Of a DNA stretch of 64,000 nt, positions 10,689 to 23,507 are shown piece after piece. The notes under the pieces are model-generated. The model searched no databases. It had not been told where the DNA came from and was given only the letters and a program-made list of their open reading frames with translations. Source of the DNA: Octopus bimaculoides (Eukaryota). Both the position numbers and the translations under genes were made by a program. Numbering within the stretch: the stretch's first letter is position 1; each line of letters starts with the position of its first letter. The stretch spans positions 16,746,834 through 16,810,833 of the forward strand of contig NC_068998.1 in assembly GCF_001194135.2 (NCBI RefSeq), read 5' to 3'.

Positions 10689-13600
10689 TAGTATAAGGAA
10701 ATTTACATTCAATTCCAAGAAACTAGATTTTACTAATGAAATGTGTGCGTTTCAACTGAAACAGCCATTCAATTTGTACAAAGATGGGGAACAAAGTAAT
10801 GGTGGAATATGGTTTTGTTTCTATGAGACTTGGTCTGAGAAATACATGGTGATATTTTGAGCCAACATGAGTGCCTTTACAAGGTTGTTAGAAATAGCAG
10901 TCAAATCTTACTGAAACTACATGTTAATGCTTTTAAAGGAAAAAGGAATATGTTACATAATACAGTCTGGGTTACACTATTCTTGAACAAACACAACACA
11001 AAAAATTAAAAAAACAGAATTGTCTCAGTTTAAATATGTTTGATCATTCTACTTGGCCACAGCCAATTTGGGGCTATCCCCTATGTGGTGGTTCAACCTG
11101 TGCTAGAAATAGCAGATTGAACAAGTTTCTTTCAAATCACATCATTTTGATAAAGAGAAAGGACACATTAGGCAATGTGGTTCTGCACAACTCTTACAAA
11201 GATGGAACATTATTGTTGGGAACTGGAATGCCTTTGAGATGACCCTGGATTAAATAACAACAACAACATTGTGATATTCTCAGATATGTAAAAAAAAAAA
11301 AAAAATTAAAAACTGCAACAATAAAATAAGCATAGAAATACAGAAAAAGCCTGAGAAAGTGAGAGAGAGAGAGAGATGGGGAGAGGCGGGAAGAGGATCA
11401 TATAGGTTTTTAATATGAATAGATTTGTACAGAAAATATTAGACTTTATCGAATACATTTTTCTAAATCTTGTGCTCACATATAATAATAATAATAATAA
11501 TAATAATGATAATAATAATAATAATAATGAAATTATTGTGTATTGACTGTTGACTTTATCTTCTTGGAAGTGTTTCTTTTTTTTTTTAATATTTATTTTA
11601 TTTTTTGTTTTATTTTTTTATTTACTGTTCTCAGCTGTTAACCTCTGTATCTACTTCACTAATTAATTTTCAATATAATGAGATAGGTTTTTAAGTGGCA
11701 CATTTGTGTGTGTATGTGTTGGTGATGTTTTTTTTTTCTTTTCTTATTTCTTTCTTTCTTCTGTTACTTGTTTCTTGACCAATGTCACATATGCAACACT
11801 ACAGATAACAAAAGTCCTACACAGCTAAACTTTGATCCTTTTCTTTACTCATACTTTCAACTGAAAAGCATCTCAAAATTCACCACCACCCCCACACACA
11901 CACCTCACCCACCCACCGTCTATTCTCCTTCTTACTATTATTATTGGTATTATTCATAACCTTATTGTCTTTCATTATATATTTGTTTGTTTTTTTATTA
12001 TTGTTTTTCATTTGTTTGTTAACAAGACTCTGTAAAATTATCTCATGACTAGATCTCCCCCCCACTTTCCCTCACCTTCCTTTTCCTCCCTCCCTATCTC
12101 TCTTCTATCTTCTCCCACACACTGTGTGGACTAATCCATCTGAATAGCAGGGTACAAAAGTTACACTGATCTGCTTATAAGACTAACCTTAAGTGTCTCT
12201 GCCAGTTCAGCTTAAGACAGTTTCATAGGTTGGTGTTGGTCAAATGCCACTGACTTAGCTTGCTTCACTGACTAGCTGGCTTGCTGTAAGTTCTCTGTGT
12301 CTCTCTCTCTGCCTCTGGTTCCTACTCTGTTCACTGTGAGATTTTTCCTTCCCCTCTCTACTGCCTACACCTGCCCCTGCTGTCAATGGAAGCTCAAGTT
12401 GTAGACAAGACACATTTTCAGTGCTGGTGTGTGTCCTCCCTTGTCAGATGGCTGCCTTTTCAATGTTAGTACTGTTGTTCTAACTATCATTATACCATTG
12501 TTGATTCTTCTACTGATTCCTGTGACGAAAATAATGTCTGGGCACCAATGTGAAAGAAGGAAACAAAAAAGAACGAAAGAAAGAAAGAAAGAAAAGACTG
12601 ATAGACTTTGAAAAACTGGAGCAAAACAAAAGCAAAAAAAAAAGAAAAAAAAAATGAAAAAGAAGAAACAAGCAGCATTTCAGATCACCTGTGTTCCTGG
12701 AGATAGTGGTATTCGCGGCATTTACAGTTGTGAGGGTGCTGTTCTGTAAAGAATGGTCAGTTTGTATATTCACACATATGAATAACACATACATCTCTGC
12801 ATGCACACACACACGCACAGAGAGGCACAGTTATACATATTTATGTAGATATGTTTGATAACAATCAATACATACATAGACGCCTCATTGTGTTTATTTA
12901 GTTTAACATTTTGTTTTATGAAAATTTAGCTTCAAGTATCTTTTTATAACTTTTGCTATGTTTTCTGTTTCTATTGCTGCTACCCTTTCTATTTCTTTTC
13001 TTTTTATCCTCTACTTCATTCTTATTGTATTCATAGAATATCCATTTTTTTTTTTGTATGAAAATATTGTTTTTGATTTCTTATTAGGCATTTTTTCCCT
13101 ATGTCTTTAAGAAATTTGTGTAATATTCATTGCAATTGGTCAATTCAGAAATAACACTTACATATTTAGTTCTGCTAAGTACAATATACTTTATTAATGT
13201 TCTTCTCCGTAATTTTTTTTTTTTCAAACTGTTAGTTGTCTTCTTATCGTTTTGAAGTTATATAGTTATATTTCTTCATTAGGGAATGTAGTTAGAATAA
13301 ATGAAAACAAAGCAAACTAAATAGCTATAGAGTAATTATTGGTAGACTATTGGCACAGATGATTTGTTTTCATTGATGAAGGTTTCTGTAGAACTAGCCA
13401 CGCTTTTTGGAAATGCTGGAAACAGAAAGTTGATGCAAATGTTTGCCACAAATTCAATGAATAACATATCTCAGGCTTTTTTTTATTATTATTAGATTTC
13501 TCCATCTGCTGGGTTTGTTGCCTTTGCCATCATTTAAGATTCACCCACCCTGATAGGCCAAATACACACCTGGGCAACAAACCAGAAATTTCTAAGTCCT

Positions 13601-14383
13601 TGCATGTAATATATATATATATATATATATATATGAATGAGAAAATGGAGAAATTGACATATAGACATCAGTTTATTCAAAGATGTTTAAATCAATATAA
13701 TATGAAATTCATATCCCTACAGCCGTATCCATATCGAATTGATTCAGTTAGAGAAATTAAATTAAATTAAATAAATTAAAAATTTTCATATCGAAACTGG
13801 TTAATTGGGTATTTAATCAGGGGAGAATTTCCAGAAAGGAGTTACATTCTAATGTGTTATTAAACATTAAATTATTCTAACCAATGTTCTCATTTTGGTT
13901 GTTCTAGTCACAACCTTTCAGACATTGTGTCTTCCAACTTTTTTCAGGTGCTTGTTGTATTCAATAATATTCTTGGAATTTCAAATAAAACCATTTCTTA
14001 AATCTCCAGAGGTAGATTATTCTCATTCCATTGTCCAAGGCAGAATAGTCTCTCCTTTTAGTTATTCTCCTGCTTGTGAAACCATCTGAAATAGTATATA
14101 TACTGACCCAGTATTGAACTAATGTCCACTAGCTCAACTACTATACTCAACACTTATATTCACTAACCCATTGTCTTGTAGGATAGTTAAGTAACAAACA
14201 TTTGGTGTCTCAAGCCTAATTTTTCAATATTTCTTGCTGTAGGTTATTTTAACTATCTATTTATCTATGTAAACTTAAGACTAAGATACTAAACTCTAAT
14301 AGATATTAAAGAAAGTTTATTATCTGAAGTGTAAATTGTATACGAATACATAAATTATAACATTACCTGTTGACTGGTTAACT

Positions 14384-14441
<58 letters not shown>

Positions 14442-14719
14442 ACAGACACACAAAATCTTCATCAAAGACTTATTATTCACTGTTGTTAAAGTCTAGCTTC
14501 GACAACCAATCATATTGGTGAACATAATTCTGCAGGTTGAACTATGGTGTCTTGTTGATTCAAAATTTCACAGTTCTTCTCTTAAAATGGTAGTATTGCT
14601 GTATAAATAGTTATCCCTATTGAATGAATACATGCATGATATAGTGGTCTTGTACCTATGTTGTATATCATAATTTAATGAATGAATAACATTGTTTTAT
14701 CTTGGAATGAAGTTTAAGT

Positions 14720-15430
14720 GTATTAAACTAGCAAACAACTCAAAGGTATACTAACTAGTAAGTGATTTAATCATGGGTGTGTTATATTAACTAATTAGCA
14801 TTTTGATAGTGAGTATGGTATACTAACTTGCAAAAGCTTTATAGCAGGCATGATAAATTAACTAACAAATAATTTAATTATGATATGATATGTGGCACAT
14901 AGTTCAGTAATTACAGGATTGGGCTTACAATTGTGAGGTTGTGAGTTTGGTCTCTGGACAGAACTGTGTGTTGTGATCTTGAGCAAGACACTTTATTTCA
15001 CATTGCTCCAGTTCACTCAGCTGTAGAAATGAGTTGCGACCTCACAGGTGCCAAGCTGTATCGGCCTTTGCCTATCCCATGGATAACATTGGTGGCATGG
15101 AAAGGGGAGACTAGCATGCATGGGCGATTGCTGGTCTTCCACAAACAACTTTGCACGCACTTGTACCTCAGAGGAGAACTTTCTAGATGCAATCCCATGG
15201 CCATTCATGACCTTTACCTAAACTAACTAACAGACAATTTGATAGTGGAATGAAAAGCTAACTGGCAAGCAATTTGATGGTGACTTGATATACTAACTAA
15301 TAAGTAATTCAATATCAGATGTATTTAACTAACTAGCAAGCAGTTTGATAATGGCTTGATATAGGCTTCGTAGTACTAACAAGCAGGTGGTTTGTTAGGG
15401 GCTTGATTTACCAACTAGCAAGCAGTTTAA
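14720..15430. repeat. Degenerate about 35-bp minisatellite split by a SINE
   Basis: About 11 units resembling TATACTAACTAGCAAGCAATTTGATAGTGGCTTGA on both sides of the SINE at 14900-15215. Confidence 0.7.
14900..15215 (+). mobile_element. SINE family C (head 1 + body beta)
   Basis: Same head and central domain as 3061 but a different 3' body. Homologous to 48826-49150 and to fragments at 24455, 38110 and 63885 (-). Confidence 0.85.
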
Positions 15431-16984
15431 TAGTTGGTATGGTGTGCTGTGTTGATATATGGCCTAGTGGTTATGATGTTGCACTCATAAACATTAGATT
15501 GTAGTTTAGATTTCCAAATGAGGCAATATGTTGTGTTCTTAAGTAAAACATTTATTTCATGTTACTCCAGTCCACTCAGCTGTAAATGAGTAACTTTGCA
15601 ATGGACTGGCATCCCATTCAGAGAGAATGTTATGATTACAGTCACTTGTTTGCTATGGAAACTAGGTAACCAACCTAATGGTTCCTAAAGCTCAAGACTG
15701 ACATGATATATTAACTGGAAAAGAAATTGAAGTTGGTTTTGGCATACTAGGCAATAAAAAGGTGGAGATTGTGCTTGATAATAAACTATGTTAACTTGTA
15801 TTGAAGGCCAATCTCAAAATGCTGATTCTTATGAAGCATATGGCAGAGGACTGAGATGTGTGGCACATTACTGTACACAACAGAATTGAGATCCTAAAAT
15901 CAAGGTGCCATGTAAAAAGCATTGGTATGGATGCTGGTGCCACATAAAAAGCACTGGTGATGGTGCCATGTAAAATACACCTAGTACACTCTGTAAAGTG
16001 ACTGGTGTTAGGAAAGGCATCCAGCCATAGAAACCAAACCAAAACAGACTATGGAACTTGGTGCCGCCCCTGTCCTTGCTAGTTCTTGTCAAGCCGTCCA
16101 ATCTATACCAACATGGAAAACAGACGGTCATTAAATGTTGATGATGATGATATTAACTATTGTCTCATATAACTTCATTATTTTCAAGTAAATACATTTT
16201 TCTAGTTACTACCTTTACCAATGAGTTGATTGATGTTAATCTCATTTGGTCTGATCTGTAACTTTTAGATTGTTTTTAAATATGGCTTGCTCAGTCCATA
16301 AAGTACTAACCAGGAAAGACAGTCATCAAAGTTTAGTTAAATAGTGGAATTATTCTTTCATATCTGTTAGGACTTTAGTGGATAATTGTTCCAAGAAAAT
16401 TTAATATCTGTATCATAAACAGCTTTACTGACCACTCTAGAAATCTGATTAAAACATTAATTACCTAGCTACCAGTTTGTTAGTAATTCAGTTGTTATTG
16501 ATTAGTCACAGCTAAAATTCTAACAAACTATTATTTCTTCAGTACCAGTCAATTTGAATATTACCAAATTTCTTAATTTAACTTTTCTACCCCCTCTTCT
16601 CTATCTCTCATCTTTCTTTTTTCCTTCTTCATTTTTCATTTTGCTTTTTCTGTCATTTTTGTTCTCTCTCTCTAAATTTTTTTTTTTTTGTTATTATTTA
16701 TTTCATTGTTGCCATTGCATGATGTTGCTATTGATAAAGCCATGCCTGTGCGTTGGAAGGTTAGGTTTTCGCACATAGTTTAGCCTGTTGCCAGATCTAA
16801 CTCTTCCAGCTCATAGTTGTGGGGTACAGCAGCAGTAGCAGCTTTGATGAAAAGGAAAAAAAAAAAACCAAAACAAAAAAAAAGAAAACAAAAACCAAAA
16901 CAGTTCTCCGACAAAAACTCAGCAATCTGACAATGTTTCTTCCTACTTCTCATTTAAACATAATAATGCTTCCATCTCATCTCA

Positions 16985-17019
<35 letters not shown>

Positions 17020-17177
17020 AAAACAATGATTACTAACTTTACAAGTGATTTAATTATTTGCTTTTGTATTCGGTTTGCAAGATTCTTGGTGTGAACTCTT
17101 GTGTTTAAAACAGATTTTGTCGTATTTTGAGAAGGTCATTTTGCCAACAATAATCACACACACTGGTTCCGTTTCAC

Positions 17178-17210
<33 letters not shown>

Positions 17211-18494
17211 GTCAGTTCATTAACATTTAACCAATTAAGTAATTGACTGATCACTAAATCAGTCGGCTAGGTTCATCAAAGTCTTTTCATCATCAGTCCC
17301 AAGTTGATCAATGGCATGTCCTCCTTACAACTCCATCGTTTACTGCTTCAGGTTTCCCTGCCTAATTATTCTCTGTTTAATTAGAAACTTCCATGTGGTG
17401 TGTTGAACTTCCTTAGCAGAAATTTTCTTGCTGTGCAATGTTATTTCTACCTGTTGATAATTATTTTCTGTGACCTCACTTTTAGTTAGTAAGTAGAAGA
17501 TGATCAAGATATTTCAGTAGTTTGGTTTGGTTTGGTTTGGAATATATTTGAGTCCCTTCTTGTTCAATTGTATCACCATCCAGAGAAAGAGTGGGAAGGA
17601 GAAGAGAGAGAGAAAGAAAGAGAGAGAGCAGTCGGTAATGGGTGGGGAACATAAGATGAGCCCAATTTGCATAAGACTTGACTCCATTTGAACTAGAAGC
17701 CTTTGTTTCTCAACTGAGGTTTACAATACTCTTATCCATTTGGCAATTATCAAATTTAGCACAGATGTAAATATTAAAACATTTTTCTTCTCTAAACCTC
17801 TTCAATTATAATGTTATTAATTCCTCACTATCTCAAACACTTTTATCTCTTATTGTTGTTTCAATCATTGGACTGTGGTTATGCTGGGGCACTGCATTTA
17901 GTGGAACAGATTGACCCCCCCCCCCCCAATATCTATTTTATAAGTCTGGTACTTATTCTGTTGGTTGTTTTTTTGTCAAACTGCTACATTCCAGGGATGT
18001 AAACAAACCAATATCAGTTGTCAAACAGCAGTGACACACACGCACACTACATCCATAACCAGCCTACTCTCATTTGCTCTAATAAATCTTGCTATGCCAC
18101 GTCTTTTCGCTGTTTTGCCCAATATAGTAAACCTTTTTGCATTATCTGGTAGAGCAACTATGATGTCATTTAGAGACTAACAACTCTGAAGCCGTCTAGG
18201 TAGCTGGATACAGAACAATTTTGTAATCGTTTATCATAGTGTGCTTCCATGAATTTCATTAACTCACCTTTTATAATAGTCTTCTCTCCTCCCCTTTTAT
18301 ATATACATACATACACACACATATACACACATATATATAGTTTTTATTCCACCTCTGTTTGCCTTTCACTAACTTCTTGTCGCTCACCACTCAACACCTT
18401 TTCTGATAACCAAATGTTCATCCTACATACTGTATCATATCAGTACAGAATTAGTCATCTTAAAATTTTCTTTCTTTTTCTTTTTTAACTAGAT

Positions 18495-19135
18495 AGGGCT
18501 GCATGGCTAGGAAGCTTGCTTTGCAACCATGTGGTTTTGGGTTCGTTCCCATTGCACAGCACCTTGGGCAGTACTGTAACCCTGGGCCAATTGATGCCTT
18601 GTGAGTGACTTGGTGGATGGAAACTGTAGAAGCCGGCTACATATATATATATGTGTGTGCGTGTAGAGTGTTAGGTGTGGTGTACAGATATTGAATATTG
18701 AGGAAAAAGGTCGCCAGAATTTTAGTTATTTATTCATTATTATTAACGCTTTCGTTTGTTTCTTGAACAAATTCTATTTGACAAGTTCAAGAAATGAACG
18801 AAATCACTAATAATAATGAATAAATAAAAAGATTTTTTTCCAAAATTCTGGCGACCTTTTTTCTCAATAAATATATATATATATATATATACACAACAGG
18901 TTTCCACACAGTTTATATATGTGTGTGTGTGTGTGTGTCTTGTTTCCCACCGCTTGACAACCAGTGCTGGTTTATTTGCATCCTGTAACTTAGCTGTTCA
19001 GCAACGAAAATCAATAGAATAAGTACCAGAGTTAAAAAAAAAAATAAATACTGGGGTTCAGTCTGAGTAAAACTCTACAAGGCAATGCCCCAGCATGGTC
19101 ACAGTCTAATGGCAGAAACAAGTAAATAAATAAAT
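18495..19135 (+). mobile_element. SINE family A copy interrupted by a hairpin MITE in its (TA)n core
   Basis: 5' half at 18495-18660 and 3' half at 18890-19135 flank a palindromic insert. Confidence 0.8.
18696..18869. mobile_element. 174-bp palindromic MITE-like element
   Basis: tattgaggaaaaaggtcgccagaatttt / aaaattctggcgaccttttttctcaata, plus inner inverted arms. TA at both ends. Confidence 0.8.
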
Positions 19136-19802
19136 AAAAATTGCTTTACACCCATTTTCCTAGATTAGCGTAGGTGGAAATACATTTCAACCCCCTTTCT
19201 TCCCTTTAAAAAATTTAGACATTTGTATATTGTTGATCAAGTGGTTTTTTACATCTGATTGCCCTTTAAATTTCTAACCACTTGACAGTATTATCATTAT
19301 TATTACTATTATTATTAATGGTAATAGTAGTAGTAGTAGTAGTAGTCAGGGCTTCTGAGAAGAGTTTATTATTACTATTAGTAGTAGTAGTAGTCAGGAC
19401 TTCTGAGAGGAATTTCATCAGAATGTACAAATTACTTTCTGAGACCCCTCCTGTTCCCTTCTGTGAATTCTAGTCTTCAGTATGTGCAGACATTTTCTGA
19501 GATCCTAAGAAATTCTTGACTCGAATATGATGTACCTCCTGCAGCCACCTTTTCCCCATATCCTGTCTTGTAGACTGCAGTGAGGTGGTGGCGGTGATGG
19601 TGGTGGTAGTAGTAGTAGTAGTAGTTCACAGCTAAAATAACATATATGACTTAGCCCATAGAGTATAGTCGGTTTTGAACTCTAATACTTTAATGTCACA
19701 AACATAATCATTACCACCATACCACCACCACCACCACTACTGCCACTATCATCTTGAGCACAGAGTGGTGCAATAGCTACCTTTGGAATCTTATCATTTA
19801 TC

Positions 19803-20007
19803 TTTTATGTGTTTCAGTTATTGGACTGCAGCCATGTTGGAAACACCACCTTGAAGGGGTTTGTTAAATAAATCAATCCCGGTGCTTATTTTATAAGTGT
19901 GGTACTTATTCTGTTGGTCTCTTCTGTCAAACTGCTTAGTTACAAGCTCATGAACCGACTGACACCAGTTGTCAAGTGGGGGGGGGGACAAACACAAAGG
20001 TCCGTGT

Positions 20008-20080
<73 letters not shown>

Positions 20081-20690
20081 TGACGATCTTCCACACAATT
20101 TCTGTCCACCAAATCCACTTACAAGACCTTGATCAGCTTGGGCTTATAGTAGAAGACACTAACTCAAGGTGCCTCATAGTGAGATTCAACCTGAAACTGT
20201 ATGGTTGCAGAGAGAACTTCTTAACCACACAGCTATTCCTTATATATTATATATATATATGTATATTTACATACATATATTTGCATACATACATACACAC
20301 ACCCACTTTTATTGTTTTATTCTCTTACTTATTTCAGTCATTTGACTGTGGCCATGTTGGAGCACTCCCTTTAGTCAAACAAATTAACCCCAGGAATTAT
20401 TCTTTGTAAGCCTAGTACTTATTCTATCGGTCTCTTTTGCCAAACCGGTAAGTTATGGGGATGTAAACACACCTACATTGGTTGTCAAGCGCTGGGGTGG
20501 GGGGACAAACACAGACATACAAGTATATATATATATATGTGATGGGCTTTTTTTAGTTTCCTTCTATGGAATCCCCTCTCAAGGCATTGGTTGGCCTGAG
20601 GCTATAGCAGGGTGCCATGCAGTAGGACTGAACCCCGAATCATGTGGTTGGGAAGCAAACTTCTTACCACACAGCCACACCTGTAATAAT
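19803..20690 (-). mobile_element. Two tandem SINE family A copies (about 19803-20245 and 20322-20690)
   Basis: Two consecutive reverse-complement family A units. The first carries a long (CA)n. Confidence 0.85.
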
Positions 20691-21783
20691 TCAGTAAGCT
20701 GTAAAGATAGCCCACTGAATTATTTTCATTGCATGTCTGTTGTTATTTTGGAAATCAAATGATTTTAAAATATATTTTTCATCTTAACTAAATGTGGTCT
20801 TCCTCCTGCTGGTTTTCATTCAGGAATTTTTCATTTACTGTAGGATCTCTACTGTTCACCTATCTCATTTTCATACCATTTAGCAGCTGATGAGTGGTGG
20901 TGGTGGTGGGGGGGAGGCACAGGTTGCAACTCATTGATATTTAGGAAGATTTGTCAATCGCTTTCTTTCACACTACATATCAGCCTTCTGTTCTTTAAGA
21001 TGAACTATCTTACGCTAACAGGTTTGTTTTCATCTGGGCATGCACATCCTAATTTGTGTGTTTCTGTTACAAAAGAGGTTCTCCTTTTAGATATCTGTCA
21101 TAAGTCTTGTTGGGACAGACTTTACCTTTCGAAATTCCTTCAATGACAATCAAATAATTACCAGAGTGATGAACAAACCTTGGAAATATCCTTGACAAGG
21201 AAATACTGAAAACGAAAGAGAGAGAGAGAGAGTGTGATGAACAATCTACTTAGATTCTTACTGCTGTAGACTGGATGTTCATACAAAATCTTGTTTTATC
21301 CTTGTGCATATTCACTCAAATATATATATATATATCCACACACACACACACACACAAGGAAATGAACTTGGCAGTACAGACAAGTCCATATTGAGGATAA
21401 TGAATTCTTAATTAGATGTGTAGTTTCAATATTGTGGGTGAGGCTAATGAGGAAGTTGTGGCCTTCATAATTTTCCAAATGACAGTTGTGTAATAGTGTA
21501 TTAAAATTTGAACTTATTGTCACGTCTTGAGTCCTCCACAAAAACAAAAAAAAACAAAATTTCAAAAAACACAAGCCAACAAAGGAGTTCCTGCTTGGTC
21601 CAGTTGACTTGTTTGAAATAGCAGCCAAATTTTACATAGTTCACACCCTACAATCTAACAAAAGGAGAACGTTGAAGATTACATTACATTAGCATTAGCT
21701 ATGTGTAGTCTGCAAATGGCTGAATGATTTTAACTATAAGTCTGCTCAATCAAGATTGACCTGGGGCTAAACATGCTATTTAA

Positions 21784-22004
21784 CCCTTTGGTTACCAACT
21801 CATCTGCCACATCTCTTGTTCTAGGACACAAACTTCTTGCTTTAAAATGGTCTAAATTAAAATCTTCCATCAATATTTTGTGCTAATTTAAGTTCCAAGC
21901 ACCAGCTTAATAATGACAAAATTATTTTACTAAATTCTTAATCATTTTAAAAATTGATTAAAACAAAGGGAGTATATTTCAACAGAAATATGGTAATGAA
22001 AGAG
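21784..22004 (+). mobile_element. piggyBac-like MITE family E2
   Basis: TTAA|ccctttggttacc ... ggtaatgaaagag|TTAA. Homologous to 22834-23053. Confidence 0.8.
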
Positions 22005-22701
22005 TTAAAGAAATAGCAGTCTCTGAAGAGACAGAAAACTATCAAATTTCTATCACAAAAAAAAAAAAAAAAAAAAATTGTCAGCTTTAGTTTATTTGCT
22101 TGCCTGAAATTTGAGATCTAATCTACATTTTGCAATAGTTTTTATCCTTTCTTTCTTGCCAATTAGTAAGATGGTCATTCTTTAATATCAGACTGTTAAC
22201 ATGCTATGTACTCTCCACACGCTGGTACCTGTAGATTTTCTTGATAGGAGGAGCATGTTTTATCAAATAGAAATCTGTCTGTTTCTCGCTCTTTCCCTCC
22301 TATTGTCTCCTCCTTCTCTTGAAGATGGTTGCGTATCTAAAATAATTTCTTTATAAACAAATCTCCTTTCTATATATTTCTCTCTCTCTCTCTCCACACA
22401 CACATATATAAAATGTTTTGGAATGTGACCTCTTTAGAACTTAGAAACTGTATACTGATACCAAACAAATGAAAGAGAACATGAATGTTTTGGCTTACTC
22501 TTATGTTTTATTCACGCTTAATTTCTTGTTTTCTTTTGTTTGTTTGTTAATGTTGTTGTTAAGCCCTAAGCAAGCCCTGACCAATTAGATCTTGATCAAA
22601 GATATTTCAGCCGTGACCTCTCATCTTATTTTTAGATGTAGTGCAGCTAAGACTACATTATCATTACTATGTCCTATCCATTGTTTTTTAAGATGGTTAG
22701 T

Positions 22702-23507
22702 CAGTGGTTCTCAAATGGTATGCTGTGGTGCATCAGTGTGTCACAAGATGTAACTTGATGTGTCACAAAAATAATATTTTATTTTTAAAGAATGTGAAAA
22801 ATACAAACTAAAATCTTAGATATAATATCTTAACCCTTTTGAAACCAACCTGCCTGAAACTGCCCCAGGTTCTATGACATAAACTTACTGATTTAAAGAG
22901 GCATAAATTATAATCTTCCATCAAAATTTTATGCTGATTTGTACTAGACCTCTGCTTAATAACGAGAAAGTTATTTTACGACATACTTCGTTATTTTAAG
23001 AATTAATTAAAACAAAGACAGTATATGTTGACAGAAATATGGTAACAAAAAGGTTAATATACAGTCATGACCAAAAGTTTGGAACATTTTTTAAAAATTA
23101 AGATTATTATGCCCAAGTACAATTTAATTCAAATATATACAGCATAGGGATATAATGACCTAATAACTGATCCAATGGTTCAATTAGAAAATATTGAACC
23201 ATTAGCTCAATTATTAGAAAATTATATATCTATGTTGTATATATTTGAATTGAATTGTACTTGGACATAACAATTTCAATTTTTTAAAAAATGTTCCAAA
23301 CTTTTGGCCACAACTGTAATATGAAATATATCTGTAAATTTGTTAACTAAACTAAAATATGGTTATTTAAATTATTTATATTTATTGGTTAAAATACATA
23401 AATAGCTTTGTTTTTAAATGCATTTTTTTTATTTTATGCACAAAGGCCACCAAAATATTTTTATTTAAAGTATGCTATGAGTTAACAGACAAGTTTGGAA
23501 ACCACTG
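22702..23507. mobile_element. hAT-like MITE containing a piggyBac-like MITE (22834-23053) and a Tc1-like hairpin MITE (23062-23316)
   Basis: Outer TIRs cagtggttctcaaa / tttggaaaccactg (TSD not clean). The inner elements have TTAA and TA target sites respectively. Confidence 0.75.
23062..23316. mobile_element. Tc1-like MITE, long inverted repeat
   Basis: TA|cagtcatgaccaaaagtttggaacatttt ... aaaatgttccaaacttttggccacaactg|TA; about 100-bp arms. Confidence 0.85.

Noticed and set aside
19290-19400. Short tandem duplication of (GTA)n-gtcaggrcttctgaga
   Set aside because: Simple slippage duplication in microsatellite context.
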